A stretch of 64,000 nt of DNA, taken from sequence record MZ475897.1. The stretch is one strand, 5' to 3'. The notes beneath the pieces are model-generated. The model was given only the letters and a program-made list of their open reading frames with translations, was not told the origin of the DNA and searched no databases. Position 1 is the stretch's first letter. Each line of letters opens with the position of its first letter. Shown in pieces: positions 19,120 to 28,517 of this stretch. Both the position numbers and the translations under genes were made by a program.

Positions 19120-19145
19120 AAAGGGTGGCTTCGGCTGCCCTTTTT
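19120..19145 (+). terminator. Rho-independent terminator
   Basis: AAAGGGTGGC-TTCG-GCTGCCCTTTTT. Confidence 0.85.
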
Positions 19146-19149
19146 CGAT

Positions 19150-19158
19150 CTGTAAATA
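19150..19158 (+). promoter_or_regulatory. CTGTAAATA motif, candidate phage promoter
   Basis: One of 13 + strand copies of CTGTAAA(T) found, most 30-100 nt before a start codon. Confidence 0.55.
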
Positions 19159-19187
19159 ACTCGTATAACATCTAACGAGAAACTACC

Positions 19188-19589
19188 ATGAGACCTGAAA
19201 ACATTTCACGCACCTATCGCGTCGGTCAGTCTGACCTGGAGAAAGCACACAATGTCTGCGGAGAGAACAATGTAACACTCTCAGATGTGGTGCGCAGATA
19301 CATCGAAAGAATCGTACTGACTGAGGGTGAGTTCCTTATGAACGAGCGTAAGCACGTACCTGAGTCCCAACTGAATGTACGCCTGCCCTTTTATATTGCG
19401 CACTCCTTTGCATCTGTGTGTAAGTCTCGCGGTACGTTAGCCTCTAAAACCATTCTCAACTTTGTCAAGAATATTGCTCTTTCCGGGACTATCCCTGAGG
19501 AGTTAAAGTATGCTTCTGACGCAGAGTTGCGTGCCTATATTACCTCAGAGCGCTCTCGCCTCGATGCACTGGAAGCAAAACTCAAATGA
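19188..19589 (+). CDS. tandem ribbon-helix-helix-like DNA-binding protein
   Basis: Two RHH-like units (RTYRV...TLSDVVRRYI; QLNVRL...LASKTILNFV). Confidence 0.5.
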   Translation: MRPENISRTYRVGQSDLEKAHNVCGENNVTLSDVVRRYIERIVLTEGEFLMNERKHVPESQLNVRLPFYIAHSFASVCKSRGTLASKTILNFVKNIALSGTIPEELKYASDAELRAYITSERSRLDALEAKLK

Positions 19590-20425
19590 TTCTAACTAGT
19601 CCCATTCGCTATCAGGGTAACAAACGCACTCTGATGCCTCTTATTCTCGAACATGCGCCTGTGAAGGATTGCGTTCGCATGATAGACGCATTCGGTGGTA
19701 GTGGTACTGTTGCGCTCAACATGCCTCACAAGTTTCGCATCTACAATGAACTGAGCACGCCTGTGTTTGAGATCGTCCAGCTGCTTGCGCATCAAGACCC
19801 GAAGAAAACATTGGGTCAGATTAAGCGTATCGTCAAGCGTTTTTGTCTAACCAATAGCAGCCAAGACAACTACGACATGTTCCGTGCGTATGTGCAGAAG
19901 AAGCCAAGTCCGTTGTTCCATTACATCGCACACAGGCACGCACGCTCTAACATGCTGCGCTTCAACCAGAAAGGTATCTACAACGTGCCCTTCGGTGAGC
20001 GTGGCCTGATTGGCAAGTTCGATCAGCTTGAACAGGAGCTGGTGCAGTTCCACGAGCGTATGCAGAACACGCACATCACCAACATGCGCTATAACCTGTT
20101 GCTCAAGTCTGTGTCAAAGCATATCGGACCGAACACGTTCATTTACTTTGACCCTCCATATCTTGCTAGTGGTGCAATGCAGTACGGCAAGTGGACTGAG
20201 CACAACGAGCGCAACCTGTTGTCCGTGCTTGAATATCTGAATCGTCAAGGCTGCCCGTGGATGTTGAGCAACGTTCTCCAACATCGTCATCACACTAACG
20301 ACCTGCTCAAGCGCTGGCTAAAGAAACACGCAACGACTGTCATCTATCCTGACAAGTCTTATTCAATGGCCAACTCTCATTCCGATAGTCACAGCACTAT
20401 CGAGATTCTGGCAATGAACTACTGA
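19586..20425 (+). CDS. dam: DNA adenine methyltransferase, D12/Dam class
   Basis: SPIRYQGNK, DAFGGSG, RFNQKG.YNVPFG, YFDPPY. Confidence 0.9.
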   Translation: MILTSPIRYQGNKRTLMPLILEHAPVKDCVRMIDAFGGSGTVALNMPHKFRIYNELSTPVFEIVQLLAHQDPKKTLGQIKRIVKRFCLTNSSQDNYDMFRAYVQKKPSPLFHYIAHRHARSNMLRFNQKGIYNVPFGERGLIGKFDQLEQELVQFHERMQNTHITNMRYNLLLKSVSKHIGPNTFIYFDPPYLASGAMQYGKWTEHNERNLLSVLEYLNRQGCPWMLSNVLQHRHHTNDLLKRWLKKHATTVIYPDKSYSMANSHSDSHSTIEILAMNY

Positions 20426-20432
20426 GGTACAA

Positions 20433-20819
20433 ATGGTCAAACAGTATTGTGCCGATAAGTACGAGGGGGATCTTGAGGGTCACCCTGTTGTGCTGCTGCT
20501 ATCGTTTAAGATAGGTGGCCCTACGCCTATGCGAATCTCAGGACGTGACCTGTATCGCTATCTGGGCATAAGCAAGAACTACAGTAGCTGGGTAAACGAC
20601 TCTATTGCTGACTGTGGTCTTGTCGAGAACTCGGACTATGTGATTGAGTGGTTCAAGTCAGATGCGAATGGGCATTCGATAGAACACAAATTCACACAGC
20701 ACGCCGCCATTGAGATTGCAATGCGCGGACGGAGTGTATTGTCTAAACGTATTCGTCGATCTGTGTGTCGTCGAGATGGCTTCATTCGATTTGTAGGAGA
20801 ACATAATGAACAAGATTGA
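20433..20819 (+). CDS. AntA/AntB antirepressor-like protein
   Basis: ISGRDLYRYLG...YSSW......GLVENSDY...AAIEIAM. Confidence 0.7.
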   Translation: MVKQYCADKYEGDLEGHPVVLLLSFKIGGPTPMRISGRDLYRYLGISKNYSSWVNDSIADCGLVENSDYVIEWFKSDANGHSIEHKFTQHAAIEIAMRGRSVLSKRIRRSVCRRDGFIRFVGEHNEQD

Positions 20820-21270
20820 AGAACTGCGCAGCCGTCTTGCTGCTGCATTGGGCTTTCGTGTTAAGTCTCTGAACGGGGCTGACCACTACGTTGACGGCGA
20901 TGATGTTCTCGGCCTAGTCGAGCATTGGCTGCCAGATGAGCCTCAGCACATCCTTGCGGTTATTGAGCGTTATGGTCTGAAAGTCGAACGTATGGTCAAA
21001 GAAGGCACTCGCCCTCGACCTGGTGACGAGCCTGTGTTCGTTTTCTGCGTGAGATCAAAGACTCTGGTATACCGCAGCCTATCTGAGAGTAATCTCGCAC
21101 GCAGTAGTCTGCCTTACGTATCAGGCAACACCCTGACTGAGGCTGTTCTCCTGTGGGCTGTGTTGCGTGCGGAGCGCATTGTTGCATATAAGGCCGACCC
21201 ACTAATGTCTAGCGCCTACAACTTCGACAGACTGGAAGAGCTGGTATACATAACGCGGTTTGGAGAATAG
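20806..21270 (+). CDS. hypothetical protein
   Basis: 154 aa coupled ORF. Confidence 0.55.
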   Translation: MNKIEELRSRLAAALGFRVKSLNGADHYVDGDDVLGLVEHWLPDEPQHILAVIERYGLKVERMVKEGTRPRPGDEPVFVFCVRSKTLVYRSLSESNLARSSLPYVSGNTLTEAVLLWAVLRAERIVAYKADPLMSSAYNFDRLEELVYITRFGE

Positions 21271-21574
21271 TATGGATGCACCCGAAGGTACTAACTTAAA
21301 GCTGTGGTCTATTGCGAAGCGTATGGACCGAGTGCTTGAACATGTGGCAAGAGAAGCATGGTTCGTGTCTGGCGATCCAAAAGACACCTGCGGCGCTGTT
21401 GCGTGGGCGGGCAACTTTGATGATGAGTCTTTGATCGCGCATATTGAAATGCGTGCTGCCCAGATTGAAGAACGCCGTCGATACACAACACGTATCAGAC
21501 AGGGCTCTACTGCCTATACGGTAGCGTTAGAGAATCATGCAGACGCTATCTATGCTAAGTATGGTCGAACATGA
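21260..21574 (+). CDS. hypothetical protein
   Basis: 104 aa coupled ORF; start uncertain. Confidence 0.5.
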   Translation: MENSMDAPEGTNLKLWSIAKRMDRVLEHVAREAWFVSGDPKDTCGAVAWAGNFDDESLIAHIEMRAAQIEERRRYTTRIRQGSTAYTVALENHADAIYAKYGRT

Positions 21575-21879
21575 TGGACATACTGAACGTCCTTGATACA
21601 CGCATCATTCAATACGAAGATCTTGTCTATGCGTTAGGCCGTAAGTATCGCACGTCTCAAGGTCAATGGGGTGCGCTTGCCCCTTTCTCTCATGCAGGTC
21701 AAGCCCGTAAGATATTCATTTCACGAACCCGTGCAGCCTATAAGAGTCTGCGTACATGGGCACAGGAGCCTATGAACATTGAAGTGGCTTACTATGAGAT
21801 TCGCATATTGCTCAAGCATCCTATCGCGCAAGAAATAGAGCATCTGTCTGAATCTGTAAAGAAACCTAAAGCCATCTAA
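21571..21879 (+). CDS. hypothetical protein
   Basis: 102 aa coupled ORF. Confidence 0.55.
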   Translation: MMDILNVLDTRIIQYEDLVYALGRKYRTSQGQWGALAPFSHAGQARKIFISRTRAAYKSLRTWAQEPMNIEVAYYEIRILLKHPIAQEIEHLSESVKKPKAI

Positions 21880-21890
21880 TTGAGGTCAGT

Positions 21891-22613
21891 ATGGAATACA
21901 CCTTAGAAGAACAACTCAAAGCCTTGTCTCAAATTCGTATCGATCAGATTCAGGCCTTTGATCATATCGCTCGTCTGGTGCTGAGAAGCATGGACCCAGT
22001 AGCTCACACAGAACAATGGCGGTCTCATGTATGTGAAGCTATGGGTCTCGATTATTCATTGTGGCCATACTACAATGAACTGTCCAACTTCATGGTGAGT
22101 GGTATGCCTCCGTGCTTGGTTATGTTGCAGATAGCATGTACAACGTTTGTGGGTGCTGACGTGCGGGAGACAATAGCTCGCTTCTCCTCAGTTGATGCAG
22201 AGACTGCGCTCAATGCCATGGAGTTTGGCAACAAGTGGCGTGCAGACAATCAGCGAATCATCTACACAATGAAAGCCATTGATGATCTGCTTGTTTTGTA
22301 TTCGTCGCTTGTGTCAGATGAAGATGCAGAGGCGGACGAAAGTCGTTGTATAGGATATCCTGGTATGCCTAACATGCATCCGTATCTGAACATGATCTTC
22401 CAGTTGATTGAAGATCATAATATGGTAATTGATGGCCGTTGGCGCACACCTGCTGAGTGGTTCAATCAACCTAAGCGCGACTTTGCGCTGATGTACCCGC
22501 CGAATCTTTCTGAACAGCATAACGCTATCATTAAAACGGAAGTTGGTACTATCTATCTCACCAAAGCGCCAAAGCGCGGTGATACCAACTCTAATCATTT
22601 ACGCTCCGTCTGA
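21891..22613 (+). CDS. hypothetical protein
   Basis: 240 aa ORF with GAGG RBS. Confidence 0.6.
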   Translation: MEYTLEEQLKALSQIRIDQIQAFDHIARLVLRSMDPVAHTEQWRSHVCEAMGLDYSLWPYYNELSNFMVSGMPPCLVMLQIACTTFVGADVRETIARFSSVDAETALNAMEFGNKWRADNQRIIYTMKAIDDLLVLYSSLVSDEDAEADESRCIGYPGMPNMHPYLNMIFQLIEDHNMVIDGRWRTPAEWFNQPKRDFALMYPPNLSEQHNAIIKTEVGTIYLTKAPKRGDTNSNHLRSV

Positions 22614-22620
22614 GGTCAGT

Positions 22621-23364
22621 ATGGAACACGAAGAAAACATTGCAGATCGTCCTGACGTTATCGTCAACAGTTTTCAGTTCAACGATGCCAACACGAAGCT
22701 GCTGGCGTATGCGCTTAATCTCCATCGCTTAGGCGCAAAGATTGGTCCTGAGTTTTGGTCACAACACATCATTAGCGATGTTGTAGAACAGTCCGATGAC
22801 GGCTTCGACAAACTTGCAGGCGTAGACGAACCTACTCGCCCTATTACGTCTTCTGATTTGCTTATGCATCAACTGACTGTTGTAGGTCCTGTTATCACTC
22901 GCCGTGACTTCTGCCTGTTCGACAGCCTTGAGAAGTGCCGGAAGGATGCTGCTATTGTTCTGGAAGCTCTAGGCAGAGGTCTGCTGCATGTGCATGGCTC
23001 AATGATTGAGATCTGGGCAATCACCTCAGGCAGTCCTGTTAAAGTGTTGACTGAAAAGCAGATGACAAGCCTGGGTCGTGCTACGCTGCGTTATCTCACC
23101 AGTAGCGCTAAGCTGGACGAACAGGACGAGCGGGTGTCTGTAGCTACGGTACATGCCGACTCTGAGCCTGTGCTGATTCATGTGCCTACAACGCCAATCG
23201 ATCAGTACGTGTTTAGCGGCAGTTGGACGCATGTGTCTCATCTCGGTCCTCGTGCTGATAAGCTGCGTCTGTGGTATTACAACCACCAGCTCACGCGCTT
23301 CCGTATGCAGCAACTGCTGAACATCTTCCTCACGCTCGATTTCCCCGAAAAGTTTAAGGCTTGA
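22621..23364 (+). CDS. hypothetical protein
   Basis: Start moved to ATG 22621 after GAGG. Confidence 0.6.
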   Translation: MEHEENIADRPDVIVNSFQFNDANTKLLAYALNLHRLGAKIGPEFWSQHIISDVVEQSDDGFDKLAGVDEPTRPITSSDLLMHQLTVVGPVITRRDFCLFDSLEKCRKDAAIVLEALGRGLLHVHGSMIEIWAITSGSPVKVLTEKQMTSLGRATLRYLTSSAKLDEQDERVSVATVHADSEPVLIHVPTTPIDQYVFSGSWTHVSHLGPRADKLRLWYYNHQLTRFRMQQLLNIFLTLDFPEKFKA

Positions 23365-23711
23365 TTATGTCCATTGCGCTCGTTGTAGAAATGAATCATG
23401 TGGAACAGATTGACACTGGTTACGAGAACAGTCCTATCTTTCGCATTCAGTACATCGCAGACAAATCGGTAGCTCCTGCTGATTATATCCGCGAAAAGCT
23501 CGTGCCGAAAGCATTCCCGTTCGGTGTGGACAAAGCAGTAGTGCAAGGCCATGACTATATGGTGCTTACTGCTATCATCGACGGTACTGAGCACGATGTT
23601 TGTCCTGGGGATCTGCTCGTCTATCACGTTGGTGGTCGTGTGACGTATATCGCAGGCGCCACCAAAGACTGTCTCGTAATCAACGGAGACGGAACAATTG
23701 TCATCAGTTAA
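23361..23711 (+). CDS. hypothetical protein
   Basis: 116 aa coupled ORF. Confidence 0.5.
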   Translation: MIMSIALVVEMNHVEQIDTGYENSPIFRIQYIADKSVAPADYIREKLVPKAFPFGVDKAVVQGHDYMVLTAIIDGTEHDVCPGDLLVYHVGGRVTYIAGATKDCLVINGDGTIVIS

Positions 23712-24096
23712 TCAGTTACGTGATCAATTGACCGAAGCTGAATACGCAGAACTTGAGCGCACGACAGCACGGTCAATCATGGAACAAGTGTGGGCACTAC
23801 GCGGCTGGACGGTTAAGCTCGACTGGTGCAACTATATGTGCGACGACGTTGATTGGTTATTCCATGGTAATGAACGTAAAGCACCGGTTGATCACGCTAT
23901 GCCGAATTCTGGTGTTGGCACTAGCATTGAGCAGCATCGCCTTAATGTCGTGTTTACTCCTACTGAGGTTAGCGTTACGAACTCACTGGTAGACAGCCCT
24001 GTCACGGGCACTGGTATGTCACTGCGCTGTGCTTACTGCGCGTGGCTTTTAGCAATCGAAAAACAAAAGGCTGCCAATGCGCTGCAATCTGACTGA
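23698..24096 (+). CDS. hypothetical protein
   Basis: 132 aa coupled ORF. Confidence 0.5.
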   Translation: MSSVNQLRDQLTEAEYAELERTTARSIMEQVWALRGWTVKLDWCNYMCDDVDWLFHGNERKAPVDHAMPNSGVGTSIEQHRLNVVFTPTEVSVTNSLVDSPVTGTGMSLRCAYCAWLLAIEKQKAANALQSD

Positions 24097-24592
24097 ACTG
24101 CCTATCAAACTCGATCAGGCTGAAAACATTATGGGCAGCGTGTTTGCGCTTGCTGCTGGCTCTAAGTCCAAACGCCGTGCTACTGCTGCAATGCTCATCC
24201 ATTTCCATGAAGGCTACCCTACGATCATCAGTAGTGGTGTCAATGGTACTGTGCCTGGTGAAAGCAACGTGTGTGAGAATGAAGACCTCACTCTGACGTT
24301 TGCTCACGTCACCCACGCAGAAGCTAACTGCCTCAATCGCATGGACGAATACAGTCTGTGGCCAGAAGAAGAGGACATCCTGTTTTGTACTGACAGCCCA
24401 TGTCCTGATTGTTTGCAGCAACTCGAATCTGCTGGTGTGCAGACCATCGTTTATGCGCGTGAATACAGACTCACAGAGCACCTGGATAAGTCTGCTATTC
24501 GCATGTATTGTCTCGATATTGAGAACGTGAGGGCGTCTTTGCTGAAATCTGTAAATCGTATAGACGAAGTGATTGCAACCACACCTACTTAA
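24077..24592 (+). CDS. dCMP deaminase
   Basis: SGVNGT, HAEANC and SPCPDC zinc-deaminase motifs. Confidence 0.88.
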   Translation: MRCNLTELPIKLDQAENIMGSVFALAAGSKSKRRATAAMLIHFHEGYPTIISSGVNGTVPGESNVCENEDLTLTFAHVTHAEANCLNRMDEYSLWPEEEDILFCTDSPCPDCLQQLESAGVQTIVYAREYRLTEHLDKSAIRMYCLDIENVRASLLKSVNRIDEVIATTPT

Positions 24593-24609
24593 ATACCATA
24601 AGGATTGTC

Positions 24610-25290
24610 ATGATGGACAAGAATCTGACTATTGAGTTTTTTGCGCCCCGCATTGAAGGAAAGACAGTGCATGTTGGACCTAAGCCTATCGATGCACCTT
24701 CCTGGGAAGAGCGGATGGCTACTGTGTCTGGTGAGCCTACTGCACAGATGCGCCAGCGTGCGTTTGACCGCATGGATAAGGAATTCAAATTCACTATTCA
24801 AGACATTGCAGATTCTTTGGACTGTCGTGACAATCCTTCCAGTCCTACAGGTCGTATTCAAGACCCGTATCGTCCGCGTCTGCACAATATCAATCTTCGC
24901 CCTGAACAGGCCGCAGTGCTGCGTGAAGTAATGAGTCCTCCTCGCCACATGGGTGGCCTGCCTGTTGAGTTAATGCAGGGAACTGAGTCTTCTCTTAATG
25001 CCCGCGCTCTCTTTGAGCATACCAAAGAGCATTTTCGTAAGGAAGGACCTATCGTTACGATTGATAGTATCCCTGTTGAGTTCACACAGAAAGGTGATGA
25101 CAGTATCGTCATTGCAGAAGATAAGATCGGTCAACAGGCGTGGGGGCGCACGCTTCGTATCGACTATGAATCACGTTCTGACTGGTCGATGAATCGCACC
25201 AACCGAGCTGCAACGCCTGCTAAAAGCCGCAGCAAACTTCGCGCAAAGGGTCGTGCTCAAAAGCAAGCACGCAAGCGCCAAAGAGGATAA
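24610..25290 (+). CDS. hypothetical protein
   Basis: 226 aa ORF with AGGA RBS and basic C-terminus. Confidence 0.6.
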   Translation: MMDKNLTIEFFAPRIEGKTVHVGPKPIDAPSWEERMATVSGEPTAQMRQRAFDRMDKEFKFTIQDIADSLDCRDNPSSPTGRIQDPYRPRLHNINLRPEQAAVLREVMSPPRHMGGLPVELMQGTESSLNARALFEHTKEHFRKEGPIVTIDSIPVEFTQKGDDSIVIAEDKIGQQAWGRTLRIDYESRSDWSMNRTNRAATPAKSRSKLRAKGRAQKQARKRQRG

Positions 25291-25295
25291 CAATA

Positions 25296-25793
25296 ATGAG
25301 CGACATTAATCAATTACGCCGCAACTGGTTACAGTCTATGGACGTGCCTGAAGAGCTGGTGGACAAAGTATGCGGCACAGACATTGAACAGCAAGACCTG
25401 TTTGAAAGTCTAAGCGCACAGCAACAACGCAAAGTAACGATCGGCCTTGCGCTGCTCCATCTGCAAGTGCCTGATGAAATTCGTTTCGATTTGCTCACCA
25501 ATCATCTGGACGAGACTGAACGTTTGGTCAAAGAGCAATTCGAAGAACTGGCAGCACGTCTCGTTAATCAAGTGACGCAGACGGGTTCACCGGAGAAGCA
25601 ATCAATGACAGGCGGTGTTCGTTTAGCAATGCTGATGAACATCCTTGGCTTTGATGATACCACGCTACACGGTATCATGTCGAACCCCAGCTTGATGCGT
25701 CAGGCGGGCCTTGTTGCTATGACTGGCCTTCAAGATATGGGACAGAAAATACAGCAACTTTACGACGGAAATAAAAGCAATGAGCCAAAATGA
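25296..25793 (+). CDS. hypothetical protein
   Basis: 165 aa ORF. Confidence 0.6.
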   Translation: MSDINQLRRNWLQSMDVPEELVDKVCGTDIEQQDLFESLSAQQQRKVTIGLALLHLQVPDEIRFDLLTNHLDETERLVKEQFEELAARLVNQVTQTGSPEKQSMTGGVRLAMLMNILGFDDTTLHGIMSNPSLMRQAGLVAMTGLQDMGQKIQQLYDGNKSNEPK

Positions 25794-25917
25794 ATTAGAC
25801 GATTTCGACATTCCTGATCTGGACGAAGCCGAACAACGCGCAGAAGCTAAGCGTGATGGTGGCGGGGAAGTTGTCGAAGCATCTGATGAATGTGAAGGCG
25901 GCGCCTGCAAAATCTAA
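25780..25917 (+). CDS. 45-aa peptide resembling the NrdA C-terminal redox tail
   Basis: MSQNELDDFDIPDLDEAEQRAEAKRDGGGEVVEASDECEGGACKI; absent from the ORF track; followed by a terminator. Confidence 0.65.
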   Translation: MSQNELDDFDIPDLDEAEQRAEAKRDGGGEVVEASDECEGGACKI

Positions 25918-25920
25918 TTC

Positions 25921-25947
25921 ATGGGGCCTCGTGCCCCATTTCTGTTT
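25921..25947 (+). terminator. Rho-independent terminator
   Basis: ATGGGGC-CTCGT-GCCCCAT then TTCTGTTT. Confidence 0.6.
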
Positions 25948-25961
25948 CTCGGAGAGATGCT

Positions 25962-26417
25962 ATGTCTATTTTATATTCCAACCTTACGCCCAATGAGCGT
26001 GACAATTTTCGTGCGCATATTCACCAGTGGTATCAGTTGAGCACCCAGAAGTCTGCATATCTCGATCTGATGGATCGTGTTGATGAAATTCTCGGCAATA
26101 TTGTCATGGAGTTTGCCAACATGCAGGTTGCGGACACTACTCAGATTCGCATCGACCTTGCGCTGGAAGAGTGGGCTGCTAAATATCCTAGATGCATTGC
26201 GTTTCGTGACCGTTCTGCCTTCTGGGTGAAAGTCTCATTCAAAGAGTGGTTGAATAACACAACCCTGTATGTGGAGCGTTCTCATTCGTTGCGTGATCTG
26301 AGTGCAGGTACTTGTTATGGCGTTGATGTGGTAGACACTCACGATTGGCCAGATAGTATCTTGGTCAAGACCTACCAAGATATAGAACAACATAAAATTC
26401 GACGAGGTGCTCGCTGA
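25962..26417 (+). CDS. hypothetical protein
   Basis: 151 aa ORF with GGAG RBS. Confidence 0.6.
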   Translation: MSILYSNLTPNERDNFRAHIHQWYQLSTQKSAYLDLMDRVDEILGNIVMEFANMQVADTTQIRIDLALEEWAAKYPRCIAFRDRSAFWVKVSFKEWLNNTTLYVERSHSLRDLSAGTCYGVDVVDTHDWPDSILVKTYQDIEQHKIRRGAR

Positions 26418-26947
26418 TGGAGATCGGCTATCGCTGTGTCAACTGTCGCCACGTCTATCAAGACATTATCGGCAAGTGTGATTGCAACAACGACAAGTTC
26501 GTGTTCAAGCGCGTTGCGATCATTGATGTTCCTGACGAGGAAGAAAAGATTCCTCAACTGAATGAGCTGCATCATTCGCGCGGCCCTCGTTTCGTCAACT
26601 ACCGCAATGGCAGTTCTTGGAATGGCGTGTACGAGTATCAAGGCCTGCATGAGAACGGTCGTCCTCGCGTAGGCATTCTCGGTAATATGGGTAGCAGCTA
26701 CGACCACGTAGAAATGTCTAAACAGTTCGGTGATCGTAATATGCAGGCCAACTGTGTTCTGACTGCCGCTAGCCCCGAGTTGTTGGAAGTTGCCTACATG
26801 TGCTACAACTATTTCAATACGAAGCGCAAGGTGCAGGGCAACAGCCCTAAAACTGAAATGCGTATCAAACTAATCGCGCAGGCTATTCACGCTGCGACTG
26901 ACCTTTCCGTATACAAGGACCCGCAAGATGCTCCAGTATCTAAGTGA
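26417..26947 (+). CDS. hypothetical protein with N-terminal Cys cluster
   Basis: CVNC...CDC. Confidence 0.55.
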   Translation: MEIGYRCVNCRHVYQDIIGKCDCNNDKFVFKRVAIIDVPDEEEKIPQLNELHHSRGPRFVNYRNGSSWNGVYEYQGLHENGRPRVGILGNMGSSYDHVEMSKQFGDRNMQANCVLTAASPELLEVAYMCYNYFNTKRKVQGNSPKTEMRIKLIAQAIHAATDLSVYKDPQDAPVSK

Positions 26948-27569
26948 CCCGCATTTTATGACGCGCCTTCTGTGCGCAGTAATTCTGATTATCGTTGCTT
27001 ATCTGATTTGGCAGAAATTGAAGATCAGACGCGCAGAGAGCATGAACAACTATCGTGCTTCGTTGGCGGTACGTGCAGGTGATTTCAATTTCGGGCGTTG
27101 CTGGCGCCACCGTAGTTCTGGCCGCGATTACGTTATACTGTGGATGACCAACCTGACCGCTAACAAGCAGGGATGGGAAGTTATGGTAACGTACACGAAC
27201 AACCATCGCGATCTGTACACGCGTCCTGTGGCGCAGTTCTACGCTAAGTTCCGTCGTATGCCTGACTCTGATAGTGTGAAAGACCTGTCGCTGTCTGAGC
27301 TGCTTACTCTGGCTACAGCTAACTGTAAGATGCGCGTACCACTTGCGGGTGAGACGTGGGTTCGTGAAACATCGCTGAATCTTAATGGCACTGATGGTTC
27401 GTCAATCACAGAAGCCACAATCACTGACGTGCTGGCGCTCGATACGTCTCGTCCTATTGTCACGTATACTGTAAATGGTAAACACACAGCAATGCTGATG
27501 TATGTTTTCCTCGCTGATTTCAAACTAAAGGAAGTGCAACGTGAGCAACAACCAAAAGTTACCGCCTAA
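26928..27569 (+). CDS. membrane-anchored protein with DUF1653-like domain
   Basis: N-terminal TM segment; WRHRSSGRDY.I...VTY...YTRP..QF. Confidence 0.5.
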   Translation: MLQYLSDPHFMTRLLCAVILIIVAYLIWQKLKIRRAESMNNYRASLAVRAGDFNFGRCWRHRSSGRDYVILWMTNLTANKQGWEVMVTYTNNHRDLYTRPVAQFYAKFRRMPDSDSVKDLSLSELLTLATANCKMRVPLAGETWVRETSLNLNGTDGSSITEATITDVLALDTSRPIVTYTVNGKHTAMLMYVFLADFKLKEVQREQQPKVTA

Positions 27570-27897
27570 CGTTTTCAAATACGTGATGTTCTTGCTGGTC
27601 AAAGACGAGCGCACGAACAAAGATCGCACGCATATCCCTATAATCTTCCCACGTCATATCATGCACAGTGATATGGGTGATGAGATGCGCGGCTATGCGA
27701 TACATAACGGTTACGTGGAGAATCGTTACCACCAGACAATGGAACCTGTTAGCGCAGGCTTTGTTGATCTCAACACTCTGTCGTGCTTCGGCGAATCTGA
27801 GTCTATGGAACTCAAGTCTCGTCCAGAAGAAGACAGCCTAATCCTTCGTGAGTATTTCAAAGATGATGGAAAACTTCCTGAAGTACCTGTGGAGTGA
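27541..27897 (+). CDS. conserved phage hypothetical protein
   Basis: KYVMF...PIIFP...SAGF...GESESM.LKSRP. Confidence 0.55.
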   Translation: MSNNQKLPPNVFKYVMFLLVKDERTNKDRTHIPIIFPRHIMHSDMGDEMRGYAIHNGYVENRYHQTMEPVSAGFVDLNTLSCFGESESMELKSRPEEDSLILREYFKDDGKLPEVPVE

Positions 27898-28201
27898 TGC
27901 GTTCTGGTCCTCTCCTGCTTCTGCGTTCGCACCCACTGTTGTAATCATCTCATGGTTTGTGTTCTGTGAGATTCGTGAGCGCCGTGCATTACGTGCAGCA
28001 CAGCGCGTTGTAGCAAGTGGCTGGGAGCCCGTAGAGCACGCCACGTATCAACACAAATGGCTGCCGTGGGTTAAGTGCTATGTCATGTTCTACACTGTCA
28101 GTCTGAACGATAAGTTCATGCCTGCTGTGTATGTGCTAATAGGCAAGCATAGTTCTGAAATTCCCATGCACAAATTCCATTCTCGTTGGAGTTTAGTATG
28201 A
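27848..28201 (+). CDS. putative membrane protein
   Basis: Hydrophobic N-terminal segment; start probably a few codons later. Confidence 0.45.
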   Translation: MSISKMMENFLKYLWSDAFWSSPASAFAPTVVIISWFVFCEIRERRALRAAQRVVASGWEPVEHATYQHKWLPWVKCYVMFYTVSLNDKFMPAVYVLIGKHSSEIPMHKFHSRWSLV

Positions 28202-28515
28202 CACCCCTCATTATGTTTGATGCACGAACCATTCGCGTGCTCAAGCAAAGTTTCGGTCAGGACAAGCCTTTTGTTGTAGCGGGATTAAACCCAATCGTTG
28301 GCAACAAAGGCGACCGTGTTACTCTCGCTAATGCCTGTAGCGTAGTCGCCATACCTCGTGTGATGGGACTTGAAGTAGGTCAAGTGCTTTACGTAGGCAC
28401 GGATGATGAAGTCTATGCATGGCCTTCTGATATGGTGATGGAATTTGCTTCTGTCTCTGATAACCAAACTCGGGCCATTGCATATGCATTGCGCCCAATA
28501 CTTTCGGATGATTAA
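28198..28515 (+). CDS. hypothetical protein
   Basis: ATGA-coupled to the upstream ORF. Confidence 0.5.
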   Translation: MTPLIMFDARTIRVLKQSFGQDKPFVVAGLNPIVGNKGDRVTLANACSVVAIPRVMGLEVGQVLYVGTDDEVYAWPSDMVMEFASVSDNQTRAIAYALRPILSDD

Positions 28516-28517
28516 AA

